From the NCBI GenBank assembly GCA_023205875.1, contig CP060770.1, forward strand, positions 434,001 through 479,965: 45,965 nucleotides of DNA, written 5' to 3'. The notes under the pieces are model-generated. The model saw only the letters and a program-made list of their open reading frames with translations, made no database searches and had not been told where the DNA came from. This document shows positions 19,365-29,641 of this stretch, piece after piece. The translations under genes were made by a program, and so were the position numbers. The DNA comes from Chloropicon primus. Taxonomy: Eukaryota. The number at the start of each line of letters is the position of its first letter. Position 1 is the stretch's first letter.

Positions 19365-22300
19365 TCACCACTTCAAGCCACTGAACATCTTCTTCTTTGC
19401 CTCCTCCTGCTGCTGTTTCTCCATCTCTTCCCTCATCTTCATTTCCCTGGCCTCTCTCTCTTTCTGTGCGCTTTTCATTTCCTCGGTCATGCTCGTGAAA
19501 ACAACGGGCTGCTGCTGCTGCTGCTGCTGTTGCCCATAAACACCCAGAGGATACCCCTGAGGGTAAGTAGGTGGTGGAGGGCCACCGTAGTAAGGGCTTT
19601 GGTACGCATAAGGCGTACCGCCGTAACCTGCTGCTGAGCCTGGCATCATAACAGGCGTTGGTGGCATGCTAGCCCCTGGCGTCATCACCATAGGGGTCAT
19701 GGTGGGTGCTGGCGTGACCGCACCTCCCCCTCCTGGCATCGAGGGTGCTGGAGAGGGTTGAGGAGGCATGGCATTATAACTTCCCCAACCTCCTCCACTT
19801 GCATCGGGAGTTGGCCCTTGGGCAACAGCTGGTGCTACTGTCTGTGATGCACCGCCAAAGTTGCCCCAATCACTCCCACTGGTGTCACTAGCAGACACTG
19901 CGGGTTGTGGTGGAGCCATCTGAGGCGTTGGAACAACAGATGGTGGAGCAGCGACTGCTGGTGGTGGTGGCGTCATTGCTGCTGCACCGGCACCGCCAAA
20001 GTTGCCCCAATCACTCCCACTGGTGTCACTAGCAGACACTGCGGGTTGTGGTGGAGCCATCTGAGGCGTTGGAACAACAGATGGTGGAGCAGCGACTGCT
20101 GGTGGTGGTGGCGTCATTGCTGCTGCACCGGCACCGCCAAAGTTGCCCCAATCACTCCCACTGGTGTCACTAGCAGACACTGCGGGTTGTGGTGGAGCCA
20201 TCTGAGGCGTTGGAACAACAGATGGTGGAGCAGCGACTGCTGATGGTGGTGGCGTCATTGCTGCTGCACCGGCACCGCCAAAGTTGCCCCAATCACTCCC
20301 ACTGGTGTCACTAGCAGACACTGCGGGTTGTGGTGGAGCCATCTGAGGCGTTGGAACAACAGATGGTGGAGCAGCGACTGCTGGTGGTGGTGGCGTCATT
20401 GCTGCTGCACCGGCACCGCCAAAGTTGCCCCAATCACTCCCACTGGTGTCACTAGCAGACACTGCGGGTTGTGGTGGAGCCATCTGAGGCGTTGGAACAA
20501 CAGATGGTGGAGCAGCGACTGCTGGTGGTGGTGGCGTCATTGCTGCTGCACCGGCACCGCCAAAGTTGCCCCAATCACTCCCACTGGTGTCACTAGCAGA
20601 CACTGCGGGTTGTGGTGGAGCCATCTGAGGCGTTGGAACAACAGATGGTGGAGCAGCAACTGCTGGTGGTGGTGGCGTGATTGCTGCTGCACCGGCACCG
20701 CCAAAGTTGCCCCAATCACTCCCACTGGTGTCACTAGCAGACACTGCGGGTTGTGGTGGAGCCATCTGAGGCGTTGGAACAACAGATGGTGGAGCAGCGA
20801 CTGCTGGTGGTGGTGGCGTCATTGCTGCTGCACCGGCACCGCCAAAGTTGCCCCAATCACTGCCGCTCCCGTCATTTGTGGGCGCTGAGAGTTGTGGTGG
20901 AGCCATCTGAGGTGCTGGCACAACAGGTGGTACCACCACACTCTGAGGCGCTTCATCAAAGTTGCCCCAATCGTCTCCACTCACGTCATTTGAGGGCGCT
21001 GCGGGTTGTGGTGGCGCAATAGGAGTTGGATTTGGATCAGGAGCGCCTGAGATCATCGCATCAAAAGCACCCCACTTGCTATCATTACTCCTGACCTCAG
21101 GAATATCGGACTTTTCATCATGTTTCTCAGTATCGTCTGATTCTGGCGCTCCAACAGATGGAGCATCACCAAAGTTGCCCCAATCGTCTCCGGCTTCGCC
21201 ATTGCTGGCAGTAACAGCAGGCGGTGGAGCCACTTGAGGTGTTGGCACATCACTCTGAGATGCATCACCAAAGTTGCCCCAATCGTCTCCGGCTTCGTCA
21301 TTGCTGGCAGTAACAGCAGGCGGTGGAGCCACTTGAGGTGTTGGCGCAACAGGTGGTGCATCACCAAAGTTTCCCCAATCGTCGTCTCCACCTTCGTCAT
21401 TGCTGGCAGTAACAGCAGGCGGTGGAGCCACTTGAGGTGTTGGCGCAACTGGTGGCGCAACAGGAGTTGGATTTGGATCAGGAGCGCCTGAGATCATCGC
21501 ATCAAAAGCACCCCACTTGCTATCATTACTCCTGACCTCAGGAATATCGGACTTTTCATCATGTTTCTCAGTATCGTCTGATTCTGGCGCTCCAACAGAT
21601 GGAGCATCACCAAAGTTGCCCCAATCGTCTCTGGCTTCGCCATTGCTGGCAGTAACAGCAGGCGGTGGAGCCACTTGAGGTGTTGGCACATCACTCTGAG
21701 ATGCATCACCAAAGTTGCCCCAATCGTCTCCGGCTTCGTCATTGTTGGCAGCAACAGCGGGCGGTGGAGCCACTTGAGGTGTTGGCGCAACAGGTGGTGC
21801 ATCACCAAAGTTTCCCCAATCGTCGTCTCCACCTTCGTCATTGTTGGCAGCAACAGCGGGCGGTGGAGCCACTTGAGGTGTTGGCATATCACTCTGAGAT
21901 GCATCACCAAAGTTGCCCCAATCGTCTCCGGCTTCGCCATTGCTGGCAGTAACAGCAGGCGGTGGAGCCACTTGAGGTGTTGGCACATCACTCTGAGATG
22001 CATCACCAAAGTTGCCCCAATCGTCTCCGGCTTCGCCATTGCTGGCAGTAACAGCAGGCGGTGGAGCCACTTGAGGTGTTGACACATCGCTCTGAGATGC
22101 ATCACCAAAGTTTCCCCAATCGTCTCCACCTTCGTCATTGTCGCCAGAAGACACTGCAGGTTGTGGTGGACCCACTCTTTCTTCAAAGTTGCCCCAATCA
22201 TCATTAGCAGTAGCATTACCTGTACTTTCAGCGGGGTGGTCATTCTCAAAATTGCCAAATCCAAAGTCAACTTCATTGGATGGGTTGTCAGCGGAGCCCT

Positions 22301-25300
22301 GGGCCGTAGTTGTAGCATCAAAGTTACCCAAGTCACTCTCAGATTCACCTGCAAATAGGTCTTGTGAAGTCATGCCAGAGTCATGAGAGTTGTCCCCGCT
22401 AGCTTGTGTTGGGTCATTGTGCTCTTTGAAACTTGGCTGTGGAGAATACATCAAGGAGAAAAGGTCATCTGTGCCACAGAAAGCGAAAGGATCGTGACCA
22501 GCATCATGACCAGGACTTTGACTGTTGGTGCTCTCAATAGAATGAGACCTCGTGAGCCCTGTCTTCGTGTTATCAGGATCGTCATTCACGGCAGGCTTTG
22601 ACTCTCCCTGGGACACCATGTTTTCCAATTCACCAAAGTCAAGGTCAACCTCATATGCCTTTTCCTCTATGCCAAGCTGAGCTTTCAAGGCGATATCTAC
22701 GTCAGACAAGATATCTGAATAAGCATTACCCTCCGCTTTCAGCATGCCCTCGACATCAACCTCAACAAAGTGCACAAATCCATTTGTGGAATCCTTCATT
22801 CCCTCTAAAGTCTTCCACTCCACCACATTCTTCTTTCCAAAGACCTTGCTAAACTCGTTAAATCCTGCCATGTCCATAAAAGTGCCATTACTTCTCACGC
22901 CAGCGGTGCATTGGCCAACAACATCCTTCTCCCCAGAAGAAGTGCCATTATTTCCAGCAGCACCAAAAGCCCCGAAGTCATCGGTCTCCTCGGAAGCGGG
23001 AGCATCAAAGGCACCGAAGTCGTCCACTTCCTCTACGTCCCCAGACGTGTTTCGTTCAGCGGAACCAGTGTCAAAGGCACCGAAGTCATCGGTCTCCTCG
23101 GAAGCAGCGGGAGCACCCTCACCCGCGGGAGCATCAAAGGCACCGAAGTCATCGGTCTCCTCGGTCGGAGCGGGAGCATCATCGAGCGTGCCATCAGCAC
23201 CAGCATCAAAGGCACCAAAGTCATCGGTCTCCTCGGAAGCAGCGGGAGCACCCTCACCCGCGGGAGCATCAAAGGCACCGAAGTCATCGGTCTCCTCGGT
23301 CGGAGCGGGAGCATCATCGAGCGTGCCACCAGCACCAGCATCAAAGGCACCAAAGTCATCGGTCTCCTCGGAAGCAGCGGGAGCACCCTCACCCGCGGGA
23401 GCATCAAAGGCACCGAAGTCATCGGTCTCCTCGGTCGGAGCGGGAGCATCATCGAGCGTGCCATCAGCACCAGCATCAAAGGCACCAAAGTCATCGGTCT
23501 CCTCGGAAGCAGCGAGAGCACCCTCACCCGCGGGAGCATCAAAGGCACCGAAGTCGTCCACTTCCTCTACGTCCCCAGACGTGTTTCGTTCAGCGGAACC
23601 AGTGTCAAAGGCACCGAAGTCATCGGTCTCCTCAGTCGGAGCGGGAGCATCATCGAGCGTGCCATCAGCACCAGCATCAAAGGCACCAAAGTCATCGGTC
23701 TCCTCGGAAGCAGCGGGAGCACCCTCACCCGCGGGAGCATCAAAGGCACCAAAGTCATCGGTCTCCTCGGTCGGAGCGGGAGCATCATCGAGCGTGCCAT
23801 CAGCACCAGCATCAAAGGCACCAAAGTCATCGGTCTCCTCGGAAGCAGCGGGAGCACCCTCACCCGCGGGAGCATCAAAGGCACCGAAGTCATCGGTCTC
23901 CTCGGTCGGAGCGGGAGCATCATCGAGCGTGCCATCAGCACCAGCATCAAAGGCACCAAAGTCATCGGTCTCCTCGGAAGCAGCGGGAGCACCCTCACCC
24001 GCGGGAGCATCAAAGGCACCGAAGTCATCGGTCTCCTCAGTCGGAGCGGGAGCATCATCGAGCGTGCCATCAGCACCAGCATCAAAGGCACCAAAGTCAT
24101 CGGTCTCCTCGGAAGCGGGAGCACCCTCACCCGCGGGAGCATCAAAGGCACCGAAGTCATCGGTCTCCTCGGTCGGAGCGGGAGCATCATCGAGCGTGCC
24201 ATCAGCACCAGCATCAAAGGCACCAAAGTCATCGGTCTCCTCGGAAGCGGGAGCACCCTCACCCGCGGGAGCATCAAAGGCACCGAAGTCGTCCACTTCC
24301 TCTACGTCCCCAGACGTGTTTCGTTCAGCGGAACCAGTGTCAAAGGCACCGAAGTCATCGGTCTCCTCAGTCGGAGCGGGAGCATCATCGAGCGTGCCAT
24401 CAGCACCAGCATCAAAGGCACCAAAGTCATCGGTCTCCTCGGAAGCAGCGGGAGCACCCTCACCCGCGGGAGCATCAAAGGCACCGAAGTCGTCCACTTC
24501 CTCTACGTCCCCAGACGTGTTTCGTTCAGCGGAACCAGTGTCAAAGGCACCGAAGTCATCGGTCTCCTCAGTCGGAGCGGGAGCATCATCGAGCGTGCCA
24601 TCAGCACCAACATCAAAGGCACCAAAGTCCTCGGTCTCCTCGGAAGCAGCGGGAGCACCCTCACCCGCGGGAGCATCAAAGGCACCGAAGTCATCGGTCT
24701 CCTCGGTCGGAGCGGGAGCATCATCGAGCGTGCCATCAGCACCAGCATCAAAGGCACCAAAGTCATCGGTCTCCTCGGAAGCAGCGGGAGCACCCTCACC
24801 CGCGGGAGCATCAAAGGCACCGAAGTCATCGGTCTCCTCGGTCGGAGCGGGAGCATCATCGAGCGTGCCATCAGCACCAGCATCAAAGGCACCAAAGTCA
24901 TCGGTCTCCTCGGAAGCAGCGGGAGCACCCTCACCCGCGGGAGCATCAAAGGCACCGAAGTCATCGGTCTCCTCGGTCGGAGCGGGAGCATCATCGAGCG
25001 TGCCATCAGCACCAGCATCAAAGGCACCAAAGTCATCGGTCTCCTCGGAAGCGGGAGCACCCTCACCCGCGGGAGCATCAAAGGCACCGAAGTCGTCCAC
25101 TTCCTCTACGTCCCCAGACGTGTTTCGTTCAGCGGAACCAGTGTCAAAGGCACCGAAGTCATCGGTCTCCTCAGTCGGAGCGGGAGCATCATCGAGCGTG
25201 CCATCAGCACCAGCATCAAAGGCACCAAAGTCATCGGTCTCCTCGGAAGCAGCGGGAGCACCCTCACCCGCGGGAGCATCAAAGGCACCGAAGTCGTCCA

Positions 25301-26600
25301 CTTCCTCTACGTCCCCAGACGTGTTTCGTTCAGCGGAACCAGCATCAAAGGCACCGAAGTCATCGGTCTCCTCAATCGGAGCGGGAGCATCATCGAGCGT
25401 GCCATCAGCACCAGCATCAAAGGCACCAAAGTCATCGGTCTCCTCGGAAGCAGCGGGAGCACCCTCACCCGCGGGAGCATCAAAGGCACCGAAGTCATCG
25501 GTCTCCTCGGTCGGAGCGGGAGCATCATCGAGCGTGCCATCAGCACCAGCATCAAAGGCACCAAAGTCATCGGTCTCCTCGGAAGCAGCGGGAGCACCCT
25601 CACCCGCGGGAGCATCAAAGGCACCGAAGTCGTCCACTTCCTCTACGTCCCCAGACGTGTTTCGTTCAGCGGAACCAGCATCAAAGGCACCGAAGTCATC
25701 GGTCTCCTCGGTCGGAGCGGGAGCATCATCGAGCGTGCCATCAGCACCAGCATCAAAGGCACCAAAGTCATCGGTCTCCTCGGAAGCGGGAGCACCCTCA
25801 CCCGCGGGAGCATCAAAGGCACCGAAGTCGTCCACTTCCTCTACGTCCCCAGACGTGTTTCGTTCAGCGGAACCAGTGTCAAAGGCACCGAAGTCATCGG
25901 TCTCCTCAGTCGGAGCGGGAGCATCATCGAGCGTGCCATCAGCACCAGCATCAAAGGCACCAAAGTCATCGGTCTCCTCGGAAGCAGCGGGAGCACCCTC
26001 ACCCGCGGGAGCATCAAAGGCACCGAAGTCATCGGTCTCCTCGGTCGGAGCGGGAGCATCATCGAGCGTGCCATCAGCACCAGCATCAAAGGCACCAAAG
26101 TCATCGGTCTCCTCGGAAGCGGGAGCACCCTCACCCGCGGGAGCATCAAAGGCACCGAAGTCGTCCACTTCCTCTACGTCCCCAGACGTGTTTCGTTCAG
26201 CGGAACCAGTGTCAAAGGCACCGAAGTCATCGGTCTCCTCAATAGGAGCGGGAGCATCATCGAGCGTGCCATCAGCACCAACATCAAAGGCACCGAAGTC
26301 CTCGGTCTCCTCGGAAGCAGCGGGAGCACCCTCACCCGCGGGAGCATCAAAGGCACCAAAGTCATCGGTCTCCTCGGTCGGAGCGGGAGCATCTTCCGCG
26401 GGGGCATCAACAGCGCCAGCATCAAAGGCACCGAAGTCGTCTCCTTCCTCTACATCCCCAGACGTGTCCGCTTCGGCAGGTGCTGGAGCATCACCAGTAC
26501 CTGCGTCGAAGGCAACGAAGAAATCAGCAGAGCCGTCCTTGATCCCTTCGGTACCCGATTCTGCTGCTGAAGTGTTGTCGAAATCTCCAAAGTCCTCCAT
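19365..26600 (-). CDS. 2411-aa acidic low-complexity protein with about 50 DDFGAF and about 20 DWGNF/WGAF motifs (aftiphilin/synergin-like adaptor-ear-binding accessory protein)
   Basis: Single uninterrupted ORF. The motifs match the acidic-F-G-x-F gamma-adaptin-ear and WxxF-acidic consensus types. Unique central segment and a Pro/Tyr/Gln-rich plus coiled-coil C-terminus. TGTAA on the minus strand at 19302-19306. Confidence 0.75.
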   Translation of the reverse strand: MEDFGDFDNTSAAESGTEGIKDGSADFFVAFDAGTGDAPAPAEADTSGDVEEGDDFGAFDAGAVDAPAEDAPAPTEETDDFGAFDAPAGEGAPAASEETEDFGAFDVGADGTLDDAPAPIEETDDFGAFDTGSAERNTSGDVEEVDDFGAFDAPAGEGAPASEETDDFGAFDAGADGTLDDAPAPTEETDDFGAFDAPAGEGAPAASEETDDFGAFDAGADGTLDDAPAPTEETDDFGAFDTGSAERNTSGDVEEVDDFGAFDAPAGEGAPASEETDDFGAFDAGADGTLDDAPAPTEETDDFGAFDAGSAERNTSGDVEEVDDFGAFDAPAGEGAPAASEETDDFGAFDAGADGTLDDAPAPTEETDDFGAFDAPAGEGAPAASEETDDFGAFDAGADGTLDDAPAPIEETDDFGAFDAGSAERNTSGDVEEVDDFGAFDAPAGEGAPAASEETDDFGAFDAGADGTLDDAPAPTEETDDFGAFDTGSAERNTSGDVEEVDDFGAFDAPAGEGAPASEETDDFGAFDAGADGTLDDAPAPTEETDDFGAFDAPAGEGAPAASEETDDFGAFDAGADGTLDDAPAPTEETDDFGAFDAPAGEGAPAASEETDDFGAFDAGADGTLDDAPAPTEETDDFGAFDAPAGEGAPAASEETEDFGAFDVGADGTLDDAPAPTEETDDFGAFDTGSAERNTSGDVEEVDDFGAFDAPAGEGAPAASEETDDFGAFDAGADGTLDDAPAPTEETDDFGAFDTGSAERNTSGDVEEVDDFGAFDAPAGEGAPASEETDDFGAFDAGADGTLDDAPAPTEETDDFGAFDAPAGEGAPASEETDDFGAFDAGADGTLDDAPAPTEETDDFGAFDAPAGEGAPAASEETDDFGAFDAGADGTLDDAPAPTEETDDFGAFDAPAGEGAPAASEETDDFGAFDAGADGTLDDAPAPTEETDDFGAFDAPAGEGAPAASEETDDFGAFDAGADGTLDDAPAPTEETDDFGAFDTGSAERNTSGDVEEVDDFGAFDAPAGEGALAASEETDDFGAFDAGADGTLDDAPAPTEETDDFGAFDAPAGEGAPAASEETDDFGAFDAGAGGTLDDAPAPTEETDDFGAFDAPAGEGAPAASEETDDFGAFDAGADGTLDDAPAPTEETDDFGAFDAPAGEGAPAASEETDDFGAFDTGSAERNTSGDVEEVDDFGAFDAPASEETDDFGAFGAAGNNGTSSGEKDVVGQCTAGVRSNGTFMDMAGFNEFSKVFGKKNVVEWKTLEGMKDSTNGFVHFVEVDVEGMLKAEGNAYSDILSDVDIALKAQLGIEEKAYEVDLDFGELENMVSQGESKPAVNDDPDNTKTGLTRSHSIESTNSQSPGHDAGHDPFAFCGTDDLFSLMYSPQPSFKEHNDPTQASGDNSHDSGMTSQDLFAGESESDLGNFDATTTAQGSADNPSNEVDFGFGNFENDHPAESTGNATANDDWGNFEERVGPPQPAVSSGDNDEGGDDWGNFGDASQSDVSTPQVAPPPAVTASNGEAGDDWGNFGDASQSDVPTPQVAPPPAVTASNGEAGDDWGNFGDASQSDMPTPQVAPPPAVAANNDEGGDDDWGNFGDAPPVAPTPQVAPPPAVAANNDEAGDDWGNFGDASQSDVPTPQVAPPPAVTASNGEARDDWGNFGDAPSVGAPESDDTEKHDEKSDIPEVRSNDSKWGAFDAMISGAPDPNPTPVAPPVAPTPQVAPPPAVTASNDEGGDDDWGNFGDAPPVAPTPQVAPPPAVTASNDEAGDDWGNFGDASQSDVPTPQVAPPPAVTASNGEAGDDWGNFGDAPSVGAPESDDTEKHDEKSDIPEVRSNDSKWGAFDAMISGAPDPNPTPIAPPQPAAPSNDVSGDDWGNFDEAPQSVVVPPVVPAPQMAPPQLSAPTNDGSGSDWGNFGGAGAAAMTPPPPAVAAPPSVVPTPQMAPPQPAVSASDTSGSDWGNFGGAGAAAITPPPPAVAAPPSVVPTPQMAPPQPAVSASDTSGSDWGNFGGAGAAAMTPPPPAVAAPPSVVPTPQMAPPQPAVSASDTSGSDWGNFGGAGAAAMTPPPPAVAAPPSVVPTPQMAPPQPAVSASDTSGSDWGNFGGAGAAAMTPPPSAVAAPPSVVPTPQMAPPQPAVSASDTSGSDWGNFGGAGAAAMTPPPPAVAAPPSVVPTPQMAPPQPAVSASDTSGSDWGNFGGAGAAAMTPPPPAVAAPPSVVPTPQMAPPQPAVSASDTSGSDWGNFGGASQTVAPAVAQGPTPDASGGGWGSYNAMPPQPSPAPSMPGGGGAVTPAPTMTPMVMTPGASMPPTPVMMPGSAAGYGGTPYAYQSPYYGGPPPPTYPQGYPLGVYGQQQQQQQQPVVFTSMTEEMKSAQKEREAREMKMREEMEKQQQEEAKKKMFSGLKW
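19850..20860. repeat. Coding tandem array, 141-bp (47-aa) unit x7
   Basis: CCGCCAAAGTTGCCCC recurs every 141 bp from about 19852 to 20839; units are near-identical. Confidence 0.95.
21010..22140. repeat. Coding repeat block of about 78-87-bp DDWGNF units with a 441-bp higher-order duplication
   Basis: AGGAGTTGGATTTGGATCAGGAGCGCC occurs at 21021 and 21462; PTPQVAPPPAV units repeat between and beyond. Confidence 0.9.
22960..26470. repeat. Coding minisatellite of three module types (60/63, 72 and 66 bp), about 53 modules
   Basis: Each module starts DDFGAFD, followed by APAGEGAP(A)ASEET, AGADGTLDDAPAPTEET or TGSAERNTSGDVEEV. Confidence 0.95.
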
Positions 26601-27461
26601 CCTTGCTGCAGTCCACGAAAGGTCAATGATTCACTCTCCCAGGGAACGGAACGGAACGGAACGGGATGGGAATGGGAATGGGAATGGGAACCCCTCTCGT
26701 TTGCTTGCTTGTTTGGGGTTTGGGAAAAAAAACTGTGCCCTTGTCCCGTGTCCCGTGTCCCGTGATTCAATTCAACCAACCGCTTCGTACGCTACTCTCC
26801 TCTCACACCAATCGATTATTGGGTCACCATCCTCGCCGTGCTCATCGCCAGAGCCAGACTGCGTACGAGAGGGATGCACAAAACAAGGCGGAGGGAAAGA
26901 ATTAGAAACAACCATGGATGGTCTCCGTATCCTGTCGAACGAAACACGAGGTCATTCCCAACAAGGTTGGGCTCATTCGAAAGAGAAAGAGACGAAGTAT
27001 CGATCTGTGGAGCTTTCTCTCGTCCTCCGACGCTCACTCCCTCCCTCACGCGCCCCTCCACTCACCTTGGTCGATCGATCGTGGATGAGGCGCTCTTCTC
27101 CCTCCTTTTCTGATCAGTGGTCCTCAATATGTGTAACGTAACACTCATTCATGATCTATTGATAATCTGAGAATCTACTAAACTATAAACTGAGGTAGGA
27201 TGGAGATGGAGGGAGGGGAAGAGGGCAAGGGGGGAAGGGAGAGCAGTATCAAAGGAAGGACTTGATTGATCTCTCCATTGCTTTCGATGGATCAAGAAAT
27301 AAATGGATCGGCCGCTTGCTTACGCACGCTGCGGTCTCGTGTCGGCGTCGATGGAATGATAAGAGAATGATAGGAAACTGAGGTGCAGATGAGGATATTG
27401 ATAACTGGAGATCATATGCTTTTGCTTTTGCTTTGGAAAACCCGTTCATTTGTTTTTACTT

Positions 27462-29558
27462 TTATATTAGATTCTTGCAGTCCTTGAATTCTGGAGGGAT
27501 GGGATTGAGCTCGTCGAGAACGTCCAAACCAGTCGCAAGCACCAGGGCCATCCCGTCCTCGACGTGAAGGCTGAGGTGACAGTGCACGAACCACAGCCCT
27601 GGGTTATCTGCCTTGATGCGAACCCAAACGTAGCCTCCGGCGGGCACATTGATCGAGTCCTTTAACGGCGAGCGAGAAGTGTCGATTCCTTCGAGCGCTG
27701 GACCTTCAGGCTTCGACCATTTGGCTTGATTGCACATTGGCCTATGGTCCCACGTCTCGTTCTTGAGCTTCGTTCCTGCCTCGCTGCAGTCAATGTCTGG
27801 GTTCATGATCGGTTCTGAATCGTCGCCCTGTGGGCCCCTGTTGGTGAAAAACTGGCCCAGGTTGTCGACGAAACCGCTCTTGAGGACATGGTACTGGTAG
27901 CCATGCATGTGCACGGGGTGAGCCCAACCAGCCCCGCTGCCCACGTTCATGAAGACGAAATCAGCAACGTCGTTATGCTTGATGTTGACGATCAGGGGAC
28001 AGTCACAAGTTTCTCCCGCTCCGCACGTCTCGTTGCAGGTGCTGAGCCACCCCATTCTCTCCGACGAGACAAGAGGGGCATAGCCCGGAAGGCTGAGGCT
28101 CTGGCCGTTGACAGATCCATCCGAAGACGTGATGCCTGGGAAGGCAAAGTTCAGGAAGATTGGCTCACCAGCAGGAGGAGGAGGAGGAGGCCGAACGCCT
28201 TCTGCCGCAATCAGATCGTTGCCGAAGAGGAGGCAGTCCGTGTACCGGCTGTCAGGGAACCTCGGGAATGGGCAGTTGGCCACCTTGCACCGATTATCAG
28301 CAGAGCACGGGCGCTTGAAGTCGCTTGGCGCGCTTGTCGGCTCCGATCGGCTGGAATCATCGTATTTGAGAACCGCTAGCCCCTGCGGTTTGACAAAATC
28401 CTCCACCTCTCCCACCACTAGGGAGGCCGCTCTCAACCAGTAGGCACCAGGGGGCTTGTCAAACGTCACCTCAAAGTCGTAGCGCTCTCCCGGCCACATG
28501 ATGATCGACTCGACCTCCGTCGGCTGCAGTTCTCCGCCGTCCGAGGCCACCAGCACGAGGGGGTGATCGTCGATGGAAAGCCGGAAAGGAAAGCTCATGC
28601 CAGCATTGATGACTCGGATCCGGTGCGTCTCTCCCTCCTTCCCCTCCACAACAGTAAGCGGGGCCTGATTAAACTCCTGCTTGTCCTGGTCCCAGTGCCT
28701 TCCCTTGCCGTTCACCAGGAAGGTCAAGTTCGTTTGGTAGGGGTCGAGGAAGTCTCCTGACATCGTCCTCACCTTTTCGGGATTCAAGTTCGGCATGAGG
28801 GGGGACTGCCCCATCAGCATGAACTGGAACGTCTCGCGCGCCGTGTTGAGAGGATCAAAGTCGTTGATGACAAGAACGTGTCGATCGATGACCGCCTCCT
28901 CCTCCTCCTCCTCCGTAGGCCTCGGGCGGACGATGAGCGCTCCGAAGAGGCCATCGTTTCTCTGCATGCCGCTGTGGCTGTGCCACCAGTGCGTTCCAAC
29001 GGGTTGGGCCGTGAACTTGTAACGCATCGTCACCCCGGGCATGATAGGGCACTGGGTGAGGTCCTGGACGCCGTCCATCCAAGGCGTCGCGCGCTGATCC
29101 TGGCCGTGCCAATGGATGGTGACCCCCTCCACGAGCTGGTCATTGATGACGTCTACCACAATCTCCTGACCCTCGTAGACCTCGATGGCGGGGCCGGGGA
29201 GCATCTGCTTCAACTCCTGTGGCCCGGCGACGACGACGAGACGCCCAGGGTGGAGCCCATCCGCTGTAATCACGGTCTCGGGGTGCTCCAACGCTTCCCC
29301 GTCCTTTCCCAGCGCCAGGCTTCCATTGAAGGACTCGGCGTAACATCCAGGGGACCCACACGTGTTGTTGAACTTGGCCGCATGCAGCGTCAGGCGTTGG
29401 CCAACATGAAACGTGTAGGAGCAACTGGCGTTCTGCGGAGGACACACACGTTGGTCGACGACGTTTGCGTTTGCGTTTGCCTCCACCGCCATGCCAACAA
29501 AGAGAAGTAGAAGAAGGACGACCGGCCACCAGAATCCCATCCTCATGTTGGTTTCCAT
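27462..29558 (-). CDS. Secreted three-domain multicopper oxidase (laccase-like)
   Basis: Signal peptide; copper motifs TIHWHG, THWWHSH, HPVHMHG, WFVHCHLSLHVEDGM (Met axial ligand); DGV..LTQCPI. Confidence 0.95.
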   Translation of the reverse strand: METNMRMGFWWPVVLLLLLFVGMAVEANANANVVDQRVCPPQNASCSYTFHVGQRLTLHAAKFNNTCGSPGCYAESFNGSLALGKDGEALEHPETVITADGLHPGRLVVVAGPQELKQMLPGPAIEVYEGQEIVVDVINDQLVEGVTIHWHGQDQRATPWMDGVQDLTQCPIMPGVTMRYKFTAQPVGTHWWHSHSGMQRNDGLFGALIVRPRPTEEEEEEAVIDRHVLVINDFDPLNTARETFQFMLMGQSPLMPNLNPEKVRTMSGDFLDPYQTNLTFLVNGKGRHWDQDKQEFNQAPLTVVEGKEGETHRIRVINAGMSFPFRLSIDDHPLVLVASDGGELQPTEVESIIMWPGERYDFEVTFDKPPGAYWLRAASLVVGEVEDFVKPQGLAVLKYDDSSRSEPTSAPSDFKRPCSADNRCKVANCPFPRFPDSRYTDCLLFGNDLIAAEGVRPPPPPPAGEPIFLNFAFPGITSSDGSVNGQSLSLPGYAPLVSSERMGWLSTCNETCGAGETCDCPLIVNIKHNDVADFVFMNVGSGAGWAHPVHMHGYQYHVLKSGFVDNLGQFFTNRGPQGDDSEPIMNPDIDCSEAGTKLKNETWDHRPMCNQAKWSKPEGPALEGIDTSRSPLKDSINVPAGGYVWVRIKADNPGLWFVHCHLSLHVEDGMALVLATGLDVLDELNPIPPEFKDCKNLI

Positions 29559-29633
29559 TGTCTCGTCGGGTTCTCACACGACCATGAGAACCCAGGTTTA
29601 AACTAAGTGTGACCAAAACCTTATCCTCCACTA

Positions 29634-29641
29634 TATTTATA
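29634..29641 (-). promoter_or_regulatory. TATA box candidate for the multicopper oxidase
   Basis: TATAAATA on the minus strand about 76 bp upstream of ATG 29558, in a GC-rich genome. Confidence 0.5.

Noticed and set aside
22744..27141. 1465-aa and 1219-aa + strand ORFs (Ser/Ala/Pro mucin-like and SIKGT repeats)
   Set aside because: Antisense frames of the minisatellite. Only the minus frame continues through unique sequence with meaningful motifs and a poly(A) signal.
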